Positions 34,389 through 44,855 of a stretch of DNA of 64,000 bases are shown one piece after another. The position numbers and the translations under genes were made by a program. The notes below the pieces were generated by a model, which was not told the origin of the DNA, searched no databases, and saw only the letters and a list, made by a program, of their open reading frames with translations. The DNA comes from a virus. Its lineage: Duplodnaviria; Heunggongvirae; Uroviricota; Caudoviricetes. Numbering within the stretch: position 1 is the first letter of the stretch; the number at the start of each line of letters is the position of its first letter. Location: IMG/VR virus record IMGVR_UViG_3300042484_002423; one strand, given 5' to 3'.

Positions 34389-35188
34389 CCACAGGCGCAC
34401 TAATTTTTGCGTTCAACAATGAACAAACCGACTATGTTGCTATGGCTGCGTGGAGTGCTCAAAACATTCGTAGGCACCTCAACATTCCAGTTGCAGTGGT
34501 CACAGACTGTGTGGACCATGAAAGAAATAGAGCGTTTGATCGAGTCATTAACGTGGCACCGCAAACAGGAGGCACACGTTGGTTTGAGGATTATGCAGCA
34601 ACTGTGTCTTGGCACAACGCAGGTAGAGTTGATGCATATGCACTAACACCCTGGGATCGTACTCTAGTGTTGGATGCTGACTATGTGGTATGTTCTGATC
34701 GTTTGAAAGCAATTGCAAACGCTGATCAAGACTTCATGTGCCATAGATGGGCTGTTGACATGAGCACCGGGGACGAGCTTGACGGATTGAACTATTTTGG
34801 CCGTGCACGAATGCCCATGTGGTGGGCCACTGTAATGATGTTTAGACGTTCAAACACTGCACAGTATATTTTTGACAGCATGAACATGATCCGGGATAAC
34901 TGGCAACACTATCGTGATCTTTATGGTATTGATCGCAGCACATACCGCAACGATTTTGCACTCAGTATTGCGCTGGGTATTGTAAATGGACATACCACAC
35001 ATGCTGCCAACATCCCTTGGCCCTTGATGAATGTGATGCCTGAAGATACCCTTGAGCAAATTGGACAAGACTGTTTCTCAATAACATATCGTAGCAGTGA
35101 AAACAAGCCACAAACAGTTGGCTGGACCGGCTTTGACTTTCATGCCATGGGCAAGCGTCATTTGGAGAACGCAATTGCGGCCAGTTGA
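34385..35188 (+). CDS. Putative nucleotide-sugar glycosyltransferase (GT-A-like, DxD) paralog 1.
   Basis: An N-terminal Rossmann-like strand (ALIFAFNNEQTDYV...IPVAVVTD) and a LVLDADYVV DxD motif are present. The protein is paralogous to the next ORF. Confidence 0.35.
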   Translation: MTTGALIFAFNNEQTDYVAMAAWSAQNIRRHLNIPVAVVTDCVDHERNRAFDRVINVAPQTGGTRWFEDYAATVSWHNAGRVDAYALTPWDRTLVLDADYVVCSDRLKAIANADQDFMCHRWAVDMSTGDELDGLNYFGRARMPMWWATVMMFRRSNTAQYIFDSMNMIRDNWQHYRDLYGIDRSTYRNDFALSIALGIVNGHTTHAANIPWPLMNVMPEDTLEQIGQDCFSITYRSSENKPQTVGWTGFDFHAMGKRHLENAIAAS

Positions 35189-35939
35189 ATCACAAGGCTA
35201 CATTATTCCTGCATGGAATGTGGGCAGCGTTGACTATGTTGACTGTGCCAGGAGCTTGGCCAAAACTATACTAATGCAGCATCCCAAGGCCCGCATTTGT
35301 TTGCTTACCAACGAACCTTATGCTGCTGAGCCTGCACTGTTTGCTTACACACATGTGGTAGAAGATATCAACACCGACAATCCCTGGGCCAATGACTGGA
35401 TGGTGTTTAGCAAAACTCCGTTTCGTGAAACCATCAAGCTAGAAGCTGACATGGTAATTGCTACCCCAATTGATCACTGGTGGGATCTGTTTAGGCATCG
35501 TGATGTTGTGGTCAGCACTGGATGCAGATCCTGGCAAGGACATGTTAGTACAGCACGTAACTACAGACAATGCTTTGATGCAAATCATTTGCCTGATGTT
35601 TACAATGCTATCACATACTGGCGTTTGAGCCCCACAGCCAAGGAGTTCTTTGATCTTGTGCGTGACATATTTGTGAACTGGATTGAATTCCGCAAGCTGA
35701 TTCGATTCCCTGAAGAAGTGCCCAGCACTGATCTAGTGTATGCCATGGCAGCTGAAATCATGGGACGGGAACGTGTAACACTGCCTTTTGTGACCTATCC
35801 GCAAATTGTGCACATGAAGCGACATCATGCTGGTACCGAAACTGAAGACTGGATGCACGAACTCACCTGGGAAGGTGATCCTTATCGCATCAACACTGTG
35901 GCACAGTGGGGTGCTGTGCACTACAGGGCCAAAAGATGA
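35097..35939 (+). CDS. Putative nucleotide-sugar glycosyltransferase (GT-A-like) paralog 2. The 35097 start is GTG. The true start is probably the in-frame ATG at 35142.
   Basis: It aligns to paralog 1 ([14 protein letters not shown]...ARICLLTNE and LEADMVIAT). The overlap with the upstream gene shrinks if a later start is used. Confidence 0.35.
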   Translation: MKTSHKQLAGPALTFMPWASVIWRTQLRPVESQGYIIPAWNVGSVDYVDCARSLAKTILMQHPKARICLLTNEPYAAEPALFAYTHVVEDINTDNPWANDWMVFSKTPFRETIKLEADMVIATPIDHWWDLFRHRDVVVSTGCRSWQGHVSTARNYRQCFDANHLPDVYNAITYWRLSPTAKEFFDLVRDIFVNWIEFRKLIRFPEEVPSTDLVYAMAAEIMGRERVTLPFVTYPQIVHMKRHHAGTETEDWMHELTWEGDPYRINTVAQWGAVHYRAKR

Positions 35940-36274
35940 CTGAACAAGAGTTTTGGGATATATTGCACTCAGCACCTGAACCACATCCAGTGTTTTACAG
36001 GCTGTACCATGACGATGCTGGAATGCCATTATCCTACAGCATGGAAGATTTACCTGGTACATATATAGAACTTGATCAGGAAACATTTGCTCGCGGTGCA
36101 TCCAACATACGAGTGCGTGATGGAAAGATAGTAGAACTCACTTGGAAAACCACTGCTTGCCTAGAGCCCAACGATCATCAAGGAACACCTTGTGATCCTA
36201 GAGATGTAGCGGTCGTAGTATCACCAGATCAACCATGCCAGCGATGGAGCAAACAAACATATGAAACAAATTGA
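35936..36274 (+). CDS. Hypothetical protein (~112 aa). The track ORF at 35906 uses GTG. The ATG at 35936 overlaps the upstream stop (ATGA).
   Basis: An in-frame ATG precedes [10 protein letters not shown]. Confidence 0.4.
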   Translation: MTEQEFWDILHSAPEPHPVFYRLYHDDAGMPLSYSMEDLPGTYIELDQETFARGASNIRVRDGKIVELTWKTTACLEPNDHQGTPCDPRDVAVVVSPDQPCQRWSKQTYETN

Positions 36275-37184
36275 CATTGCAGATCTAGACTGCATTTACT
36301 TGAGTTATGACGAACCACAAAAAGAAGAACATTGGGCAAAGATTCGCAATATGGTGCCTTGGGCCAAAAGGGTGGATGGCGTTAAGGGCAGCGATGCTGC
36401 TCACAAAGCGGCGGCACAGGCCAGTGACAGTGATAGATTCATTCTCATTGATGGCGACAATATCCCCAACCCAGCGTTTTTTAATCAAACGCTTGTTCTT
36501 CCTACAGAAGAATATGAGAACGCTGTGTTCCGTTGGCGTGCTAGAAATAAAATCAATGGATTGATGTATGGCAATGGTGGGTTAAGTTCGTGGACCAAGG
36601 AGTTTGTTGCTGCTATGCAAACACACGAAGCCACAGACGGCCGCACCGAAACACAAGTTGAGTTTTGCTTTGATCCGCTTTACTGGGCCATGCATGATTG
36701 TTACAGTACCACATACCCCAATGGATCTGCGTTCCAGGCCTGGCGAGCGGGTTTTAGAGAAGGTGTCAAGATGTGTTTGCAGCGTGGTCGCAAACCCACT
36801 ATTGACGAATTCAAGAATCAAGTGCTGCGCAACATAGACAACTTGACCATATGGCACAACATTGGCACTGATGCAGAGTATGGTGAGTGGGCTATTGCTG
36901 GTGCACGTCAAGGCACCTACATGACCATGCTTACTGGCTGGGATCATACTCTGGTACAGAACTTTGATGCGCTTGAAGATCTATGGCTCACAGTAAAAGA
37001 CAGTGAACCCCGATTGCTCAGTAACCAACTAGGCCCTGAACTGGGCACACAGCTGGACTTGCCCATGGCCATTTTGGAAGCAGAACAATCAGCTTTCTTC
37101 AAGCACCACTATCGCAGCAACTGGCACAATCAAGGCGTCATGGTTAGAGAAATTGATGTAATTCGCAAAACAGAAGGTTGGTAA
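36261..37184 (+). CDS. Hypothetical protein (307 aa) carrying an ILIDGDN DxD-like motif. It may be a transferase.
   Basis: ATG start with tight coupling to neighbours. Confidence 0.45.
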   Translation: MKQIDIADLDCIYLSYDEPQKEEHWAKIRNMVPWAKRVDGVKGSDAAHKAAAQASDSDRFILIDGDNIPNPAFFNQTLVLPTEEYENAVFRWRARNKINGLMYGNGGLSSWTKEFVAAMQTHEATDGRTETQVEFCFDPLYWAMHDCYSTTYPNGSAFQAWRAGFREGVKMCLQRGRKPTIDEFKNQVLRNIDNLTIWHNIGTDAEYGEWAIAGARQGTYMTMLTGWDHTLVQNFDALEDLWLTVKDSEPRLLSNQLGPELGTQLDLPMAILEAEQSAFFKHHYRSNWHNQGVMVREIDVIRKTEGW

Positions 37185-38563
37185 TGAGCACTGGTGAACA
37201 AAGCCATTTCATGAACAGTGCTGAACAAATGAAGCAGGACCTGGGTCCTGCTTTATGTCTAGCCAAATGGAAACAAGTTAGCCTGCACCTGCCCACAGGA
37301 CTCAACAACTCGTGCTATCATCCGCCCTTGCATAGAATTCCCATAGAAGAAATTGGTCGCAGCCCAGGTGCACTGCACAATACAGAACACAAAAAACAGC
37401 AAAGAAAAATGATGCTGGCAGGCGAACGCCCTGCAGAATGTCAGTACTGCTGGAACATGGAAGACCTAGGTGAGCTCAGTGATAGACACTATCGTTCTGG
37501 CGAGCCGTGGGCAGCAGCAGACTTTGAGCAGATCAAGAACTCTACAGGACTAGAAGATGATGTCATTCCCAGTTACGTTGAAGTTAACTTTAACAATGCT
37601 TGTAACCTTAAGTGCAGTTATTGCAGTCCCCAGTTTAGCTCTAGCTGGGCCGACGAAGCTAACCGTGATGGCGCTTATGCTACTTCCACACCACATAATG
37701 CTCCTGAACACTTTACAGGGCCTAGACGTGTTATTCCCGCTAGGGAAAACAATCCCTATGTTGAAGCATTTTGGGCGTGGTGGCCCACGCTGTATCCTCA
37801 GCTGAAACATTTCCGCATGACTGGTGGAGAACCACTCATGGATCGAAACACTTACAGAGTGTTTGACTATGTGTTGGCCCTGCCCAAGCCAGACTTGCAC
37901 TTAAACGTAACATCAAACTTCAGTGTAGAAGATGCCTTGTTTGAAAAGTATCTGGACTATGTAAAACGGCTGTGCAACACACAAATTGAGCACTTTATGC
38001 AGTATGTGAGCCTGGACTCGGGCCGCGGATTCCAAGCTGAATACATACGCCACGGCATGGACTCACAACGTGTGGTCACCAATGTAAACCGTTATTTGCA
38101 CGAAGCACCCAGCCGCAACAGTTTGACGTTTATTATAACCATGAACAACTTGTCAGTGTCAGGATTCCGTGAGTACATGGAATGGATCCTGCACCTGCGC
38201 CAAAGCTACAGCAAAACATATCAACGTGTATGGTTTGATACTCCGGTACTGCGACAACCTGCATGGCAAAGCCTGCAAATCCTGCCTGAAAGTTATGCTG
38301 CAAAACTGGAACAGTGTGCTGACTGGATGGACTCACAGGTTACCACAGGCTTGCATGGATTTAAAGATTACGAAGTGCAGCGCCTGCGCAGAGATATTGC
38401 CTGGATGCGTGAAGGGCAGAAACAAGACAACACCGTGGCCAAAGCTGACTTCCATCGTTTCTTTGGTGAACATGATCGTCGAAGAGGCACAGACTTTTTA
38501 CGCACATTTCCTGAAATGAAGTCGTGGTGGGAGGAGTGTGCATATCATGCTAGGCAAGCATAA
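37184..38563 (+). CDS. Radical SAM enzyme, paralog 1 of 5. It has an N-terminal 4-Cys domain, a CNLKCSYC cluster motif and a GGEPLM motif.
   Basis: CX3CX2C with the aromatic residue before the third Cys. A GGEPL SAM-binding motif is present. N-terminal motifs C..KW....LP.G...SCYHPP.H and GERPAEC.YCW are shared with paralog 2. The C-terminal motif F..F...D.RRG.DF is shared. The track start is TTG at 37178. The ATG at 37184 overlaps the upstream TAA. Confidence 0.7.
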   Translation: MSTGEQSHFMNSAEQMKQDLGPALCLAKWKQVSLHLPTGLNNSCYHPPLHRIPIEEIGRSPGALHNTEHKKQQRKMMLAGERPAECQYCWNMEDLGELSDRHYRSGEPWAAADFEQIKNSTGLEDDVIPSYVEVNFNNACNLKCSYCSPQFSSSWADEANRDGAYATSTPHNAPEHFTGPRRVIPARENNPYVEAFWAWWPTLYPQLKHFRMTGGEPLMDRNTYRVFDYVLALPKPDLHLNVTSNFSVEDALFEKYLDYVKRLCNTQIEHFMQYVSLDSGRGFQAEYIRHGMDSQRVVTNVNRYLHEAPSRNSLTFIITMNNLSVSGFREYMEWILHLRQSYSKTYQRVWFDTPVLRQPAWQSLQILPESYAAKLEQCADWMDSQVTTGLHGFKDYEVQRLRRDIAWMREGQKQDNTVAKADFHRFFGEHDRRRGTDFLRTFPEMKSWWEECAYHARQA

Positions 38564-39659
38564 AATCATTGTAGATGAATGGGCTGAAACCTGGGACTTG
38601 TTACAGCCCTATGCTGATGGCAGCTTTTGGCAATGGCCCGACACATTTGATCCTGACGCACGTTATATTGTGGGCAGAGTTATTCTCAAAGATAATTGGC
38701 AAATCATTACTGAGTTGGCCACACAGTATCCGGGCCGCATCATCTTCTCCAATCCGGCAGAAGGGTCAGAAACAATACTACTACAGTTACAGCGTTTGCG
38801 TATTACTGAATTGGTGCAAGACGGGCGTATGGGATTGCTAACTAGTGGCGACCTAGAGCCTGGTATTCGCTACTGCAAGACCGACTGTTACTTTTCAAAC
38901 ATTGTAGAATACACCGAAAACAAAGCAGCACAGTTACAAGCCGCACTGGACTACCGAACACATCGCCCGTATGAGTTTCTTTTTTTAAATGGTCGTTTAC
39001 GCCCGCATCGCAAGTATCTAATGGATCATTTAAGAGTACAAGGCTTGTTGGATGATGCACTGTGGACCAATTTGAGCAGCCAAGTAGAAATGGCATTTAC
39101 CAGCAAGTTACCAACACTCAAAACTGAACCAATAAGATTGCTGCCGCCTGAATATGAAATAGACCGTGCTAAAGAACGCTTAACACCTGATCTTTACACC
39201 GACGGGGGGTTTGTCAAGCACAAGTTATTCAACAACACCTGGGGCGATGCTATTGTTAACCCACGCTGCTACACAGACACTTGGTTTAGCCTAGTAACAG
39301 AAACCATTTATGATTACCCGCACACATTTCGCACAGAAAAGATCTGGAAGCCTATATTAATGGCACACCCTTTTGTGGTTGCTGCTAATCGGGGTTACTT
39401 AAAAGACTTGCGCAACGCAGGATTTCAAACGTTTCATTCATTAATAGACGAAAGCTACGATCAAATTGATTGTCCGCGAGCTAGAATTGAGCGTATAATA
39501 GATACAGTGCATGGCATAAGTTTATCTGGCGCTAGTGATTTCTGGGCGGCCAGCCGCGACATCTGTAAATACAATCAGCAACACTTGGTGGAATACAATC
39601 AGCAGCAACGGGCTGCATTGCCCACTCTACTTGAACAATATCTAAATGAACGATCTTGA
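38547..39659 (+). CDS. GT10-like (alpha-1,3-fucosyltransferase-like) glycosyltransferase, paralog 1 of 4. Track start GTG 38538.
   Basis: The C-terminal motif LVTETIYDYPHTFRTEKIWKPILMAHPFVVAANRG resembles the FucT signature FENS...Y(V/I)TEK(I/F)W...(V/I)P(I/V)(V/Y). The downstream motif GFQTFHSLIDESYD is shared by all four paralogs. Confidence 0.45.
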   Translation: MLGKHKIIVDEWAETWDLLQPYADGSFWQWPDTFDPDARYIVGRVILKDNWQIITELATQYPGRIIFSNPAEGSETILLQLQRLRITELVQDGRMGLLTSGDLEPGIRYCKTDCYFSNIVEYTENKAAQLQAALDYRTHRPYEFLFLNGRLRPHRKYLMDHLRVQGLLDDALWTNLSSQVEMAFTSKLPTLKTEPIRLLPPEYEIDRAKERLTPDLYTDGGFVKHKLFNNTWGDAIVNPRCYTDTWFSLVTETIYDYPHTFRTEKIWKPILMAHPFVVAANRGYLKDLRNAGFQTFHSLIDESYDQIDCPRARIERIIDTVHGISLSGASDFWAASRDICKYNQQHLVEYNQQQRAALPTLLEQYLNERS

Positions 39660-40980
39660 ATTCCGACAACAGGTGCTGGACACCTTGAGTCCCAGTTTTT
39701 GTGCAGCGAAATGGTACAATGCTACCATTTGGTTAGGTAGCGGCATGACCACCAGCTGCCACCACCCGCCAGCCCATTTGGTGAACAAAGATAAAGTCAC
39801 AACCAACCCTAGGCTGCTGCACAATACTCCAGAAAAGAAAGCAGATCGTGAGAAAATGATTGGGGGCGAACGCCCTGCAGGCTGTGAATACTGCTGGAAA
39901 ATAGAAGACATGGGCCGTGACGCTGTGAGCGACCGTGTGTACAAGAGCAAGATCTATCCCATTGCTGCGCTAAAGGAAGCACATGAAACGCCCGTGGACA
40001 CTGATGTTAACCTCCGCACTCTCGAAATTGCTTTTGATCGTACTTGTCAGTTTGCTTGCAGCTACTGCAATCCTGCATTCAGTACAACTTGGGTTAATGA
40101 CATTCGGCGTAATGGCACCTATACAGGGCTGGTATCTGACGGCCGCAACCACTTTACTCACACTCATGATAGTGCTCAACCCTATAGGATTACCGAAAGC
40201 AATCCGTATGTTGAAGCATTTTTTGCTTGGTGGGAGAGTGATCTACATCACACACTACAAGAGCTCCGCATCACAGGAGGAGAGCCCCTCATGTCCGGAC
40301 ACACCTGGAGACTTATTGACTGGTTCAAATCCAATGCTGGCAAGAGCAGTACACGCCTTGCTATCAACAGTAACCTGGGTGCAGAAGTAGATGTAGATAG
40401 ACTGCTGGATTCTATAAAGGGCATGAATGTAGAAATCTATACCAGTATGGAAGCCACAGGAGTCGCTGCTGAATACATTCGTGATGGCTTGGACTACCCA
40501 GCATGGCAAGCCAATGTGCGAAAATTGCTAGACGCTGGAATCACTGTGCATTGCATGTGTACCATTAATGGCCTGTGCTTGACTACTCTCAAAGATCATT
40601 TGTTGTACCTGCATGAGCTAAAGAAGCTATACGGGCGTGATCGAGTGAATTTTACCTTGAATATTCTGCGGTTCCCCAGCTTTCAGAGTCCCTTGGTACT
40701 GCCTGACCATTTGCGAACTCGTTACGCTGCGGAACTGAGTGAGTTATTGTACCAATATCAAAACAATCCTTTTTGGCACCAGCACGAACACAATCATTTG
40801 CAACGCTTGATCGATTATCTTGACGTGGTCAAAACACCGCACTCGGACGCATTTGAACTGCCCAAGTTGCTAAATGACTTCAAACAATTCTACACACAGT
40901 ACGATCAGCGCAGAGGCTTGGATTTTGCAAACGCATTTAAACACAACAAAGACTTATTAAACTGGTATAATTCATTATGA
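39646..40980 (+). CDS. Radical SAM enzyme, paralog 2 of 5 (CQFACSYC, GGEPLM).
   Basis: CX3CX2C, GGEPL, the N-terminal Cys domain and the C-terminal D.RRGLDF motif are all present. ATG start. Confidence 0.7.
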   Translation: MNDLEFRQQVLDTLSPSFCAAKWYNATIWLGSGMTTSCHHPPAHLVNKDKVTTNPRLLHNTPEKKADREKMIGGERPAGCEYCWKIEDMGRDAVSDRVYKSKIYPIAALKEAHETPVDTDVNLRTLEIAFDRTCQFACSYCNPAFSTTWVNDIRRNGTYTGLVSDGRNHFTHTHDSAQPYRITESNPYVEAFFAWWESDLHHTLQELRITGGEPLMSGHTWRLIDWFKSNAGKSSTRLAINSNLGAEVDVDRLLDSIKGMNVEIYTSMEATGVAAEYIRDGLDYPAWQANVRKLLDAGITVHCMCTINGLCLTTLKDHLLYLHELKKLYGRDRVNFTLNILRFPSFQSPLVLPDHLRTRYAAELSELLYQYQNNPFWHQHEHNHLQRLIDYLDVVKTPHSDAFELPKLLNDFKQFYTQYDQRRGLDFANAFKHNKDLLNWYNSL

Positions 40981-42641
40981 CTCTGATAGGAACTATAGAT
41001 CTGTTGCAATTTGATTGCAACAATTATGATCAAAGCAAAGCATGGCTCCGCCAACAAATAAGAAGCTTACACAAAGACTACTATAAACCAGACGAAAGAA
41101 TAGTAGTACTGCACAATCGAGACTTCTACGTTCAAGACTCCGGAGCAGGGGTGGTATTAAAGAATTTGCAGTTAATACTAGATGAAGAAGACATTTCTAA
41201 ATGTTTTGTGCAACTGCACACTACCAATCTAGACATTAACGCCGAGCTAGCAGCGATCCAACAGTTGAGCACTGATTCCAATCAAATTGAATACACACTG
41301 TTGCCAGGAACTTACACCCGATTAAATCTTGAACGACTACACTACAGTAAGGAGGAACAGTATCAATACGGGTCAGCTAACCCTATCAAGGTATCTCTCA
41401 ACAACCTGAGCGATAAACATAGATCTCTATTGAGCGAAAGCAGCACGTTTTGCATGTATCCTTGGATTCATTTACATGCTTGGCCCACTGGCCAAGCATT
41501 TCCCTGCTGCCATGCTGAATCGCCTGCTGGGCAGCTGGGAAACACACGAACACAAACACTAGAAGAGATTTGGAATAGTCCAAAACAACGTGGTCTAAGA
41601 AAAGACATGCTCGAAGGCACATCAAACTCAGCGTGTGTGCGGTGCTACGAGCAAGAGCAGTCAGGATTCTTTTCAGGCCGACAAAGTGCCAACAAGCATC
41701 ACGGGCATCATATTGCTCGAGTTGATGCTACCCAAAGCACAGGGTATTTGAATCAATTTGAAATGACTTACTGGGATATTCGTTTCAGTAATCTTTGCAA
41801 CTTGAAGTGTCGTAGCTGCGGGCATATCTTTAGCTCACAGTGGTATCAAGATCAAGCCAAACTAGCAGGCGGTGACTGGAAAGAGCGCAACACTGTGTTG
41901 AACTATGCAGGGCGTACAGAAACAGACATGTGGTCACAACTAGAGCCCCATTTAGACTATGTAGAACAGATTTACTTTGCTGGCGGCGAACCGCTGTTGA
42001 TGGAAGAACACTACAACATTTTAGAGGAACTGTTAACCCGTGGCCGCACAGATGTGCGCTTGATCTACAACACAAACTTCACACACACTGATTTAAAAGG
42101 TCGATCAGTATTTGAATATTGGAAACAGTTTGATTCAGTGGCAGTGGGTGCGTCATTGGACGATATGGGTGCTCGTGGAGAATATATTAGAAAAGGAACT
42201 GACTGGGCTGTGGTAGAACAAAATCGCAGAGATATGCAGCAAATATGTCCAGAAGTAGACTTCTACATAAGCCCCACACTCAGCATCATGAATGCACGCC
42301 ATTTACCAGAATTTCATCGTGACTGGGTCGAAAAAGGACTTATTCGAGCACAAGATCTGAACGTTAACATACTACAAGACCCTGCACACTATAGAATAGA
42401 TATTGCCCCTGCTGAATACAAAGCAGAACTAACTGAAATATACCGTGACCATATCAACTGGTTACGTGATAAAGATCCACTAAACCGTGCTAGTCAAGGG
42501 TTTGAATCAGCTGTTGTGTTTATGAACTCAACAGACAACACACATCTAATAGATACATTCTGGCGCAAAACACATGAGCTTGATAGCATTAGAAAAGAAT
42601 CTTGCCTAACAGTAATTCCTGAATTAAAGGCCTTGAAATGA
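40977..42641 (+). CDS. Radical SAM enzyme, paralog 3 of 5 (CNLKCRSC, GGEPLL), with a ~150-aa N-terminal extension.
   Basis: CX3CX2C, GGEPL and an N-terminal CxxPW...P.G...PCC...C.RC motif are present. ATGA overlap with the upstream gene. Confidence 0.7.
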   Translation: MTLIGTIDLLQFDCNNYDQSKAWLRQQIRSLHKDYYKPDERIVVLHNRDFYVQDSGAGVVLKNLQLILDEEDISKCFVQLHTTNLDINAELAAIQQLSTDSNQIEYTLLPGTYTRLNLERLHYSKEEQYQYGSANPIKVSLNNLSDKHRSLLSESSTFCMYPWIHLHAWPTGQAFPCCHAESPAGQLGNTRTQTLEEIWNSPKQRGLRKDMLEGTSNSACVRCYEQEQSGFFSGRQSANKHHGHHIARVDATQSTGYLNQFEMTYWDIRFSNLCNLKCRSCGHIFSSQWYQDQAKLAGGDWKERNTVLNYAGRTETDMWSQLEPHLDYVEQIYFAGGEPLLMEEHYNILEELLTRGRTDVRLIYNTNFTHTDLKGRSVFEYWKQFDSVAVGASLDDMGARGEYIRKGTDWAVVEQNRRDMQQICPEVDFYISPTLSIMNARHLPEFHRDWVEKGLIRAQDLNVNILQDPAHYRIDIAPAEYKAELTEIYRDHINWLRDKDPLNRASQGFESAVVFMNSTDNTHLIDTFWRKTHELDSIRKESCLTVIPELKALK

Positions 42642-43849
42642 ACTTGCCCCACGATAAATTTTGTGTGTTACCCTGGGTCAGCCTAGAAGCCAGTCCAATT
42701 GGCACAGTGCGTCCTTGTTGCCTGGCCGACGATGAACTGACTGACAACACAGGACAAAAATTCTCGTTGCTCACAGCAAACTTTGCAGATATACAAAACT
42801 CCAATGCCATGCGTGATCTGCGTGAGCAGTTTTTACAAGGCAAAAAGCCGCAGACCTGTCGCAAATGCTGGAATGAAGAACGTGCTGGTCGTACATCAAA
42901 ACGCATGCACACCCTGGACAGACTCAAGCACATAGTAGGTGAACAAGCCTGGACTGTGGACGCCAAGCCACTAATGTTCCTGGATCTCAAGCTGGGCAAC
43001 ATCTGCAACCTCAAATGCCGCATATGTGGTTCATGGAGTTCAAGTCAATTTGCCTCAGAAGAAATTGCTTTCTTGCCACGTGAAGAACAAAAAAAGTCAC
43101 ATGCATATACTATGCTACGGGCCGGTGCCTGGCCCAAGGAAAATGAACAATTCTGGCAAGAAATTGACCGTCATTTAAATGACATACGCTATATTGAATT
43201 CACTGGCGGCGAACCATTCATGATTGAACAGCACTTTGACATGCTGCAGGGCATGGTGGACCGCGGTATTGCGTCACAAGTAGAAATACACTACAACACA
43301 AATGGTACCCATTATCCTGAAAAGGCCAAGGCCATTTGGAAGCACTTTAAAACTGTGGAAATTGCATTCAGTATAGACGATGTGGGCGAGCGTTTTGAAT
43401 ATCAAAGATCAAACGCTGTATGGGCTGAAGTATGCAAAAACCTGGAGCGTTTTAGAGATCTTAAAGAAATACACAGCAACATTCGCTTGCAGATCTGCAC
43501 CACAGTGAATGTGTTTAATGTGCACTACCTGGGCGAAGTGGCCGAGTGGCTGGAGCACAACTGCAATAGCTTTGACTTTGTGTACTGGAACATCATGCAC
43601 GATGCCTGGTACTTCTCTATAGCCACCTTGCCCGACACTGTTAAGGCTCAGATCAAACAGTACCTACGGGGCATCAACACCATTTATCGCAGCGAAATTG
43701 ATCACATCATTGACTTCATGATGCGCGGTGCTTCAACAGATGGCTTTATGCTACGCATGAAGATTAAAGATCTAGATCAAAAGCGCAATCAGGACTTTGC
43801 GCAAGTGGCACCTGAAATGGCTCGTGCAATAGGATATCAACGTGGCTGA
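42638..43849 (+). CDS. Radical SAM enzyme, paralog 4 of 5 (CNLKCRIC, GGEPFM).
   Basis: CX3CX2C, GGEPF and the N-terminal CVLPW...PCC...CRKCW motif are present. ATGA overlap. Confidence 0.7.
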   Translation: MNLPHDKFCVLPWVSLEASPIGTVRPCCLADDELTDNTGQKFSLLTANFADIQNSNAMRDLREQFLQGKKPQTCRKCWNEERAGRTSKRMHTLDRLKHIVGEQAWTVDAKPLMFLDLKLGNICNLKCRICGSWSSSQFASEEIAFLPREEQKKSHAYTMLRAGAWPKENEQFWQEIDRHLNDIRYIEFTGGEPFMIEQHFDMLQGMVDRGIASQVEIHYNTNGTHYPEKAKAIWKHFKTVEIAFSIDDVGERFEYQRSNAVWAEVCKNLERFRDLKEIHSNIRLQICTTVNVFNVHYLGEVAEWLEHNCNSFDFVYWNIMHDAWYFSIATLPDTVKAQIKQYLRGINTIYRSEIDHIIDFMMRGASTDGFMLRMKIKDLDQKRNQDFAQVAPEMARAIGYQRG

Positions 43850-44855
43850 TGTTGTTTTTATGTGGACCTTGGACTCTGTTCCCCGGCACAAACTGCGCAT
43901 GATCTTGCCCGACAATTACCCCATTGAACTGTTTGATCCCAATAGAATATATCCCAACAGCACAGTGTTCTACTATGACATGTATGGCGACTTTCATGAC
44001 CAGATTCCTGACCAGCTTGGTCGTGGACATCGAATTGTATTTGATGCCAAAAATGAACACTATTTACACAGTCATTTGCACTGGGTATTATATAAATTCT
44101 TGCAGCATCCCGGTCAAGGCTGTTTTATCATTTCGGGACATGAGCCCGACCCTTTACCTGGTGTTGAAATCATTGCTACTCCTTACTGGTATTGGATCCT
44201 GGACCAATCCAATTTCAAAGTAACAGGGCTGGCGCAGCAGGTGCGTGATTTTGACATCACACACCGTTTTTTCATGACCATTAGCCTGCCCAGACCCGAG
44301 CGTGATTTTTTGTATGACGAACTGGGTCCAGAACTACGTGCACAAAGCATACACAGTTATCGACACCGTGACATACACTTGCCAGATGATCGTACAGATC
44401 TTGTACTTTGGCAACGCTATGTGAATCCCACGTGGATCAACAGCACTGCATTCAGTCTAGTGGTAGAAACATATATTGATACCATGGCACTGACAGGCCT
44501 CAGTCTCACTAGACACAACAATTGGTTCCTGTGCGAAAAGAGCTACAAGCCCTGTGCAGCACAACATCCATTCATAATGGCCTCTACTCAGGGCAATCTT
44601 GCGTACCTGCGCAGCCAGGGTTTTGAAACATTTCCTGAGCTGTTTGATGAAAGCTATGACAATATCCCAGACTGGCAAGCACGGGTACGCTGCATAGTGC
44701 AACAGGTGCGTGAGTTTGATATTCGCGCAGTCGATCAGCCCAGTGTACGAGAAAAGACTCGCCACAATCATGCTCTTTTCTTTGACCAAGCGGTCACACG
44801 CACACATGCTGAGTCTAGCATACAGCAGCCATTAATGAGATTTGTCAATGCATAA
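43842..44855 (+). CDS. GT10-like glycosyltransferase, paralog 2 of 4. GTG start at 43842. An alternative ATG is at 43860.
   Basis: Motifs LVVETYID...FLCEKSYKPCAAQHPFIMASTQGNLAYLRSQGFETFPELFDESYD. Confidence 0.45.
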   Translation: MADVVFMWTLDSVPRHKLRMILPDNYPIELFDPNRIYPNSTVFYYDMYGDFHDQIPDQLGRGHRIVFDAKNEHYLHSHLHWVLYKFLQHPGQGCFIISGHEPDPLPGVEIIATPYWYWILDQSNFKVTGLAQQVRDFDITHRFFMTISLPRPERDFLYDELGPELRAQSIHSYRHRDIHLPDDRTDLVLWQRYVNPTWINSTAFSLVVETYIDTMALTGLSLTRHNNWFLCEKSYKPCAAQHPFIMASTQGNLAYLRSQGFETFPELFDESYDNIPDWQARVRCIVQQVREFDIRAVDQPSVREKTRHNHALFFDQAVTRTHAESSIQQPLMRFVNA